Origin: Auanema rhodensis | Lineage: Eukaryota > Animalia > Nematoda | Length of the DNA stretch: 64,000 nucleotides | Assembly: GCA_964057225.1 (NCBI GenBank) | Contig: CAXKVF010000073.1 | Coordinates: 558,001 to 622,000 of the forward strand | Direction of reading: 5' to 3' | Shown here: in pieces, positions 27,430 through 34,700 of the stretch | Layout of the letters: each line of letters starts with the position of its first letter | How positions within the stretch are numbered: position 1 is the first letter of the stretch | Made by a program: the position numbers and the translations under genes | Notes under the pieces: generated by a model | Told to the model about the DNA's origin: nothing | Database searches by the model: none | What the model saw: the letters and a program-made list of their open reading frames with translations, nothing else

Positions 27430-30246
27430 TCACGATAAAATATGAGACAAGATATGTTTCCGGAAAGAATGTTTTGTACGAAGGCTGACTATGGCTTCAG
27501 GAAGAGAGTTCCATAGATTTACAGTTCTGTATTCAATTCCATTCCTTGTTTCTGTCCTCCATAGAGTAGGATGAGCTAGATTCCATTGGTGTCTGCGCAG
27601 AGAATTCAGATTCTTGATAATGAAAAAAGATTGTGAGTTTCCTGTGGCTTCTATTGTTATATGAGCAAAATAGAACAATAGATCAGAAAGAACCCTCCTA
27701 GTTATCAGATCTTCAGTTTCAAGATAAGATAGCTGATCTTTGTAAGTTAGGTCAAGACCGGCTCGGCCAAAGATTGCTTTAAAAAACTTTTTCTGAACTT
27801 TTTCTATTCGTTGTTTGCCTGCAATGTTCTGTGGTGACCAGATAACTGATCCATATTCAAGTATGGGTCGGACGTAACAGCTGAAAAGTTTGAACAATAA
27901 TTTAGGACATTTAGAGTAGAAACAACGGAGAATAGTTCGGCATTTGACGGCCGCAATACTACAAATTGAATTAATGTGTTTTTCGAAAGACAAGTTATTT
28001 TCCGTCCAAATACCCAGATCTTTGTATGCAGATACTATAGAGAGAGATGAATCGCCAAAAGTGAAATTAGTAATGTTGTGATAATTAGATGATTTGTTAG
28101 AGACAATTATTACTTTAGATTTTTCGGTGTTGACTTTCATTTTGTTATCATGACACCATTTGTAAAGAGAATTAAGAGCATTTTGAAGGCTCTGAGGGTT
28201 ACAACTATGAAGTTTTAGATCATCAGCATATAAAATGGGATGAACATCGGATGTGAATAAGGAAGTTATGTCGTTTATGTAAAACAGAAACAGTAGAGGG
28301 CCAAGAACCGTTCCTTGAGGAACCCCACATGTAAGACTAACAGGGTCGGATAGACTTTTGTTGATGAGTACAGAGTAAGAACGGTTTTGGATAAAAGATC
28401 CAAGAAAATTAAGAAGAGACCCACGAATTCCAATAGATTTCAATTTTGCAAAGAGAATGGAGTGATCAATGAGATCGAATGCTTTTGAGAAATCAATAAA
28501 CGCAACAAAAACTGTATTTTTATCATCAATAAGTGATCTCCATTTGATATGGCTGGAAACAAGGGCTGTTACAGTGCTGCGTTTAGAAAGAAAAGCGTGC
28601 TGAACATTGGAAATGCTGCCCGAGGATACACCAAAATGAAGAAGGGGAGATCGAATAAGTCGTTCAAAGACTTTAGATAAACTTGGGGTTAGTGAGATTG
28701 GACGGTAATTAGAAGGATCAGAAGGGTTGCCTTTCTTGAAAACCGGACGTATCCAAGCTGTTTTCCAGTCAGGAGGACAAATAGAAGAAACAAGGAGGTT
28801 ATGAAAAATAAACGAGAGAGGATTGCAGAGGGTGCCTGCACATTGTTTGAGAAAGTAGTACGGAATTCCATCCGGAGAAGTAGATGCGCGCGAAGGAAGG
28901 TGAGAAAGAATGTTGAAAACCTTTTCAGGGGAGATGTCGATGAAGTCAATGACTGATGGAGAGTAATTGAGAAGATGAGAGTAAGTGGAAGATGAAGAGG
29001 ATTTGACAGCAAAGACGGAGGAAAAAATTTCAGCTTTGTCTACGTCAGAGAAAACCAAAGTTTCGTTGATTTGTAGAGTAGGGATATCAGAAGAGTCTTT
29101 ACCAAGACGTTCGCGACAGAATTGAAAAAATGCTTTTGAATTGTTGGTAGAAGCTATGTTGTTTTCATCAATGGCAGATTTGAGTTTGATGAGTTTATCT
29201 AAGGTGACAGATAGCTTTTTGCGAAGAAGCTCATCCTGAGCGAAAAGAGAGTTGCTTAACCGGTTAACACGATTGTTAAGTTTCTGAATGTCACGATCAA
29301 GTTTTTTTCTTTTCTTTGCCTTTTTGAATGGGACACAGCTCTGAATTATTGATTGGACAATTGCAATAAACTTAGAATAGGAAGTTATAGCGTTTAGACC
29401 ACATAATTCAGTAGCGAAGTCAATGCCAGCTAAAAGGCTATTTATTTTACCATAATCGGCCGAGAAAAAGTTACGACTAGAAAAAGAGGAAGAGAGAGAA
29501 GAGGGCCTGGAAGTAGCAACTTTGTTGATTTGAGCAAATGTGAGAGGATCCAAAATAATGTTGAAGAAAACCGAGTAATGATCAGATTGGCCAAGAGGGC
29601 TATTGCGAGAAATGTTCTCTACACAGTGAACACTGTTGGTGATAATGTAATCCAAGATGTTTTTACCTCTGGTTGGGAAAGTAACTAATTGACTGGATGA
29701 AGACTGTTGAAGAAAGTTGAGAATAGATGAAGTAGAGGGGGAACTGCTTGACGAATGGATGAGATCCCAGTCAATGTGAGGGAAATTAAGATCGCCTGTT
29801 AAGAAAAACCTGCGGTTCGAGATAAGAGTTTGAAATTCGGTTAGAAAAAAAAGAAAGTCAGAGTGCTGAGATAATGGAGAACGATAGCAGATTGAGAAAA
29901 CGACGTCAGAAGGTATAATGAGAACATTTAGGTATTGAACAGTTGATTGAGAAGGAGAGCATGAGAGAAGACGACTATTAATGTGTTTTTTAATATAGAG
30001 GAGGACTCCTCCTCCTCGAGAAGTTGATCTGTCATCACGGAAAATGCAGTAAGAATCTCTCAAAGGAAGGGAGCTAGAGTTGAAATCAGGAAACAGCCAG
30101 GTCTCAGATATAGCAATAATGTCTGAACTGAGAGTCGAATGAACAATTGGTATTAAGTGTAATTTATTGACAATAGATCGTGCGTTATAACAAGAGACTG
30201 TAATTTTACTACATGCAGCAGTAGAGATTGTTGATTGGAAATTAAC
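27430..30246 (-). CDS. LINE ORF2: APE-type endonuclease + reverse transcriptase (no AUG start; probably expressed as a +1 frameshift fusion to ORF1)
   Basis: APE motifs: YNARS, ISETW, RGGGV, GDLN, LDYI, SDH. RT motifs: PVFKKG, NYRPISL, FIDFSKAFD, GVPQGTVLGPLLF, YADD (28219-28230), KDLG. The frame is open from 30390 to the stop at 27430; the track's 'M' at 30309 is TTG. The 5' boundary given (30246) is the first codon after the proposed slip site. Confidence 0.93.
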   Translation of the reverse strand, partial: VNFQSTISTAACSKITVSCYNARSIVNKLHLIPIVHSTLSSDIIAISETWLFPDFNSSSLPLRDSYCIFRDDRSTSRGGGVLLYIKKHINSRLLSCSPSQSTVQYLNVLIIPSDVVFSICYRSPLSQHSDFLFFLTEFQTLISNRRFFLTGDLNFPHIDWDLIHSSSSSPSTSSILNFLQQSSSSQLVTFPTRGKNILDYIITNSVHCVENISRNSPLGQSDHYSVFFNIILDPLTFAQINKVATSRPSSLSSSFSSRNFFSADYGKINSLLAGIDFATELCGLNAITSYSKFIAIVQSIIQSCVPFKKAKKRKKLDRDIQKLNNRVNRLSNSLFAQDELLRKKLSVTLDKLIKLKSAIDENNIASTNNSKAFFQFCRERLGKDSSDIPTLQINETLVFSDVDKAEIFSSVFAVKSSSSSTYSHLLNYSPSVIDFIDISPEKVFNILSHLPSRASTSPDGIPYYFLKQCAGTLCNPLSFIFHNLLVSSICPPDWKTAWIRPVFKKGNPSDPSNYRPISLTPSLSKVFERLIRSPLLHFGVSSGSISNVQHAFLSKRSTVTALVSSHIKWRSLIDDKNTVFVAFIDFSKAFDLIDHSILFAKLKSIGIRGSLLNFLGSFIQNRSYSVLINKSLSDPVSLTCGVPQGTVLGPLLFLFYINDITSLFTSDVHPILYADDLKLHSCNPQSLQNALNSLYKWCHDNKMKVNTEKSKVIIVSNKSSNYHNITNFTFGDSSLSIVSAYKDLGIWTENNLSFEKHINSICSIAAVKCRTILRCFYSKCPKLLFKLFSCYVRPILEYGSVIWSPQNIAGKQRIEKVQKKFFKAIFGRAGLDLTYKDQLSYLETEDLITRRVLSDLLFYFAHITIEATGNSQSFFIIKNLNSLRRHQWNLAHPTLWRTETRNGIEYRTVNLWNSLPEAIVSLRTKHSFRKHILSHILS

Positions 30247-30253
30247 GAAAGGA
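30242..30253 (-). other. Putative +1 programmed ribosomal frameshift site UCC_UUU_CGU_UAA at the ORF1/ORF2 junction
   Basis: Minus strand reads ACA TCC TTT CGT TAA (T-S-F-R-stop) in the ORF1 frame and CAT CCT TTC GTT AAT (H-P-F-V-N) in the ORF2 (+1) frame. The motif and its phase match the influenza PA-X slip site. Confidence 0.7.
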
Positions 30254-31321
30254 TGTTTGGCTGGGCAGATTGGACGGGGAATTAGGCAAAGTAGATGTAT
30301 TTCTAACAATGTTAGCAGTAGGATCTGGAACAGATTTAGCTCGGCGAGAAGGGTTTTTTCTTCTTCTTTGGCTGCTACATCTTTCTTTGTTTATTGGAGC
30401 GGGCTGTCCCTTAGTTATAGGCCGGCCTCTTCTACCAGATTTAGACGGGGGACTAGAATCAAGGTCATGCGTAAAAATAGGCATGTCAGACATTGGAGCA
30501 ATGCATGAATTGGTAGTTTCAGAGTCCATGCCTGTAGGGGAAACAACATATTTAACACTGGATGTGTCTTTTGGGGCAGTGCCTGTGTTGGTGAGTCTAC
30601 GAGGTACTTTTATAAGCTTTAGATCTCGAACAAGAAAAATGAATTCAGTGTCGTCAGAGTTTTTGCTTTTGGCTTCGTCACGAAGCCGTTTTTCTAGTTC
30701 CACCTCAAAGAATAGATAATCACGACGAACGAATGTTTTGGATAGTGAGTTGGAAATTTTAGGTTTGTGAGATCTTATAGCTGCTATAACAGTATCTCGA
30801 ATACTGACCGAAGGACACGTTATGATAAGTGGACCAGGGGACCCTGATTTGAGGGTGCAGCGAGTAACGAATATGTGATTGGAATTGAGTAAAGAAATAA
30901 GACTAGTATCACTGCAGCTATCAAAAACAAGTTTGAGAAGAGAACGGGCATCGCTAGGCAGATCAGGTGACGTGACTGGAACCCGGAACCAGAGAGCTCT
31001 CAAGGAACGGTGAGCAAATTTAGATTCTTCTAACCTAATTTTATTCACTTCAGTTATAACAGTATTTGAACACGGAAGTGTAGGCAATATGCAAGCACTT
31101 TCGTTACCCATGAAAGCAGTGAACTTATTTTCTAAAGCGTTGAGTCTTGAGTTGAACTCAGTTTCAATTACTTTCAAACGAGATTCATGCAATGCGATAC
31201 AGTTTTTGATACTATGCAGGTCGCTTTTGATTTCTAGAGAAAAACTTGAGAAAGTGGAATGAAGAGATTCCGTGAGAGATTTCAGAGAAGCAGTAAGAAA
31301 CTCGGGAGTGACTGTAGACAT
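30242..31321 (-). CDS. LINE ORF1 (359 aa; N-terminal coiled coil, putative RNA-binding core, basic disordered C-terminal tail)
   Basis: First ATG downstream of the 18-bp repeats is at 31321 (MSTVTPEF); the track's upstream 99 codons are low-complexity UTR. Heptad-like LKSLTESL...SRLNALENKF, followed by segments resembling CR1/L2 ORF1 (RALWFRVP, PGPLII, FVRRD...EKRLRDEAKSKN...FLVRD). Domain calls are by eye. Confidence 0.8.
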   Translation of the reverse strand: MSTVTPEFLTASLKSLTESLHSTFSSFSLEIKSDLHSIKNCIALHESRLKVIETEFNSRLNALENKFTAFMGNESACILPTLPCSNTVITEVNKIRLEESKFAHRSLRALWFRVPVTSPDLPSDARSLLKLVFDSCSDTSLISLLNSNHIFVTRCTLKSGSPGPLIITCPSVSIRDTVIAAIRSHKPKISNSLSKTFVRRDYLFFEVELEKRLRDEAKSKNSDDTEFIFLVRDLKLIKVPRRLTNTGTAPKDTSSVKYVVSPTGMDSETTNSCIAPMSDMPIFTHDLDSSPPSKSGRRGRPITKGQPAPINKERCSSQRRRKNPSRRAKSVPDPTANIVRNTSTLPNSPSNLPSQTSFR

Positions 31322-31324
31322 AAT

Positions 31325-31535
31325 GACAGAGCGTAAAAAGTAAGGAAAGAAAAAATAAAGATAAAGGAAATGATAAAAAGAAGAAAAATAAAAAGAAGAA
31401 AGAAAGGAAAAAAGAAAATATAGAGAGGATATGAAAAAGAAAAAAAAAGAGAAGAGAGAGAAAAATGAAAGAAAAAAAGAAAAAGGAAATAAATGAATAC
31501 GGAAAAAAAGAAAAAGAAAAAAAGAAGAAAAAAGT
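31325..31535 (-). other. Long pyrimidine (U/C)-rich tract in the LINE 5' UTR
   Basis: Plus strand is almost entirely A/G over ~200 bp. On the sense strand there is no AG dinucleotide and no ATG until the ORF1 start. Confidence 0.85.
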
Positions 31536-31621
31536 ACCTTACTAAAACCAATCCGGCGTAAAACAAGAGCAGACTTCGGTTGCGGCGGGGTTGGAGCAGT
31601 AGGGAGACAACCGACCACGAG

Positions 31622-31693
31622 GAGTCGAAAATGTAGTGTGAGTCGAAAATGTAGTGTGAGTCGAAAATGTAGTGTGAGTCGAAAATGTAGTGT
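31622..31693 (-). repeat. Four perfect 18-bp tandem repeats at the LINE 5' end (sense ACACTACATTTTCGACTC)
   Basis: GAGTCGAAAATGTAGTGT at 31622, 31640, 31658 and 31676; no evident similarity to the 176-bp monomer. Confidence 0.97.
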
Positions 31694-31694
31694 T

Positions 31695-31713
31695 TTTCAA
31701 AGTCATGGTTACC
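31695..31713 (+). other. Out-of-register 19-20-bp satellite fragment between the LINE 5' end and the TSD
   Basis: TTTCAAAGTCATGGTTACC(A) equals monomer positions 175-176 plus 1-17/18, and is repeated 38 bp later at 31733-31752 in its normal context. Confidence 0.92.
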
Positions 31714-31719
31714 AAATTA
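31714..31719 (+). other. Target-site duplication, right copy (AAATTA)
   Basis: ACC-AAATTA-AAGTTCACG at the element's 5' junction. Confidence 0.8.
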
Positions 31720-34700
31720 AAGTTCACGTAAATTTCAAAGTCATGGTTACCATGAACCAATATCAATAAAAATTTGTTTTTAGACTAATATGGACATGGG
31801 GAATCTAATTTTGAAAACCGCATCTCTTTATCTTTCACGTGAAGCGAGTTACATACCAAGTGCACATCACGTGTACATTTAATTAGCATAAATTAAAGTT
31901 CACGTAAATTTCAAAGTCATGGTTACCATGCACCAATATCAATAAAAATTTGTTTTTAGACTAATATGGACATGGGAAATCTAATTTTGAAAACCGCATC
32001 TCTTTATCTTTCACGTGAAGCGAGTTACATACCAAGTGCACATCACGTGTACATTTAATTAGCATAAATTAAAGTTCACGTAAATTTCAAAGTCATGGTT
32101 ACCATGAACCAATATCAATAAAAATTTGTTTTTAGACTAATATGGACATGGGGAATCTAATTTTGAAAACCGCATCTCTTTATCTTTCACGTGAAGCGAG
32201 TTACATACCAAGTGCACATCACGTGTACATTTAATTAGCATAAATTAAAGTTCACGTAAATTTCAAAGTCATGGTTACCATGCACCAATGTCAATAAAAA
32301 TTTGTTTTTAGACTAATATGGACATGGGGAATCTAATTTTGCAAACCGCATCTCTTCATCTTTCACGTGAAGCGAGTTACATACCAAGTGCACATCACGT
32401 GTACATTTAATTAGCATAAATTAAAGTTCACGTAAATTTCAAAGTCATGGTTACCATGCACCAATATCAATAAAAATTTGTTTTTAGACTAATATGGACA
32501 TGGGGAATCTAATTTTGAAAACCGCATCTCTTTATCTTTCACGTGAAGCGAGTTACATACCAAGTGCACATCACGTGTACATTTAATTAGCATAAATTAA
32601 AGTTCACGTAAATTTCAAAGTCATGGTTACCATGAACCAATATCAATAAAAATTTGTTTTTAGACTAATATGGACATGGGGAATCTAATTTTGAAAACCG
32701 CATCTCTTTATCTTTCACGTGAAGCGAGTTACATACCAAGTGCACATCACGTGTACATTTAATTAGCATAAATTAAAGTTCACGTAAATTTCAAAGTCAT
32801 GGTTACCATGCACCAATATCAATAAAAATTTGTTTTTAGACTAATATGGACATGGGGAATCTAATTTTGAAAACCGCATCTCTTTATCTTTCACGTGAAG
32901 CGAGTTACATACCAAGTGCACATCACGTGTACATTTAATTAGCATAAATTAAAGTTCACGTAAATTTCAAAGTCATGGTTACCATGCACCAATATCAATA
33001 AAAATTTGTTTTTAGACTAATATGGACATGGGGAATCTAATTTTGCAAACCGCATCTCTTCATCTTTCACGTGAAGCGAGTTACATACCAAGTGCACATC
33101 ACGTGTACATTTAATTAGCATAAATTAAAGTTCACGTAAATTTCAAAGTCATGGTTACCATGAACCAATATCAATAAAAATTTGTTTTTAGACTAATATG
33201 GACATGGGGAATCTAATTTTGAAAACCGCATCTCTTTATCTTTCATGTGAAGCGAGTTACATACCAAGTGCACATCACGTGTACATTTAATTAGCATAAA
33301 TTAAAGTTCACGTAAATTTCAAAGTCATGGTTACCATGAACCAATATCAATAAAAATTTGTTTTTAGACTAATATGGACATGGGGAATCTAATTTTGAAA
33401 ACCGCATCTCTTTATCTTTCACGTGAAGCGAGTTACATACCAAGTGCACATCACGTGTACATTTAATTAGCATAAATTAAAGTTCACGTAAATTTCAAAG
33501 TCATGGTTACCATGCACCAATGTCAATAAAAATTTGTTTTTAGACTAATATGGACATGGGGAATCTAATTTTGAAAACCGCATCTCTTTATCTTTCACGT
33601 GAAGCGAGTTACATACCAAGTGCACATCACGTGTACATTTAATTAGCATAAATTAAAGTTCACGTAAATTTCAAAGTCATGGTTACCATGAACCAATATC
33701 AATAAAAATTTGTTTTTAGACTAATATGGACATGGGGAATCTAATTTTGAGAACCGCATCTCTTTATCTTTCACGTGAAGCGAGTTACATACCAAGTGCA
33801 CATCACGTGTACATTTAATTAGCATAAATTAAAGTTCACGTAAATTTCAAAGTCATGGTTACCATGCACCAATATCAATAAAAATTTGTTTTTAGACTAA
33901 TATGGACATGGGGAATCTAATTTTGAAAACCGCATCTCTTTATCTTTCACGTGAAGCGAGTTACATACCAAGTGCACATCACGTGTACATTTAATTAGCA
34001 TAAATTAAAGTTCACGTAAATTTCAAAGTCATGGTTACCATGAACCAATATCGATAAAAATTTGTTTTTAGACTGATATGGACATGGGGAATCTAATTTT
34101 GAAAACCGCATCTCTTTATCTTTCACGTGAAGCGAGTTACATACCAAGTGCACATCACGTGTACATTTAATTAGCATAAATTAAAGTTCACGTAAATTTC
34201 AAAGTCATGGTTACCATGCACCAATATCAATAAAAATTTGTTTTTAGACTAATATGGACATGGGGAATCTAATTTTCAAAACCGCATCTCTTTATCTTTC
34301 ACGTGAAGCGAGTTACATACCAAGTGCACATCACGTGTACATTTAATTAGCATAAATTAAAGTTCACGTAAATTTCAAAGTCATGGTTACCATGCACCAA
34401 TATCAATAAAAATTTGTTTTTAGACTAATATGTACATGGGGAATCTAATTTTGAAAACCGCATCTCTTTATCTTTCACGTGAAGCGAGTTACATACCAAG
34501 TGCACTTCACGTGTACATTTAATTAGCATAAATTAAAGTTCACGTAAATTTCAAAGTCATGGTTACCATGCACCAATGTCAATAAAAATTTGTTTTTAGA
34601 CTAATATGGACATGGGGAATCTAATTTTGCAAACCGCATCTCTTCATCTTTCACGTGAAGCGAGTTACATACCAAGTGCACATCACGTGTACATTTAATT

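Larger units (their letters stand above)
26912..31713 (-). mobile_element. Full-length-looking non-LTR retrotransposon (LINE, CR1/L2-group-like) inserted in the satellite
   Basis: ~4.8-kb unique segment interrupting one monomer. It has two long uninterrupted minus-strand ORFs (ORF1; APE+RT ORF2), a ~500-bp 3' UTR ending in a (TAAA)n tail, a short TSD and no LTRs. Clade call rests on ORF2 motifs and the CR1-like C-terminus (YVRPILEYGSVIWSP, IEKVQKKF, RTVNLWNSLP). Confidence 0.95.

Noticed and set aside
27003-29012. Short minus-strand ORFs 27003-27194 and 28689-29012
   Set aside because: One is a T-rich 3' UTR artefact and the other an alternate-frame ORF within RT; neither has recognisable homology.
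30307-30309. Track start of ORF2 (MLEIHLL...)
   Set aside because: The codon is TTG inside ORF1 and was chosen by prokaryotic start rules. Non-AUG initiation is not excluded, but nothing marks this codon specifically.
30257-30719. Plus-strand ORFs of 83 and 149 aa antisense to ORF1
   Set aside because: Shadow ORFs with no recognisable motifs; no support for an L1 ORF0-like product.
31322-31618. Phe/Leu/Ser-rich N-terminal 99 aa of the 458-aa track ORF, and the 94-aa ORF at 31282-31566, as membrane proteins
   Set aside because: Non-ATG starts; they are translations of the U/C-rich UTR tract, which lacks stops by composition.
31541-31621. HDV-like or hammerhead ribozyme in the 5' UTR
   Set aside because: Only one 7-bp stem found by eye; no nested double pseudoknot or CUGAUGA/GAAA core could be assigned.
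31620-31640. TTTCGACTCC as a Pol III B-box or tRNA-derived head
   Set aside because: Lacks the conserved G of GTTCRA, and no A-box or cloverleaf is visible.
31695-31725. Nematode spliced-leader (SL1/SL2) at the element's 5' end
   Set aside because: Only superficial similarity (TTTAATT...TTTGA); the sequence is fully explained as host satellite.
33995-34177. 60-aa ORF in the satellite, and the satellite part of ORF 31542-31766
   Set aside because: Created by a single substitution removing a stop (or by the junction) in non-coding satellite; the monomer length is not a multiple of 3.
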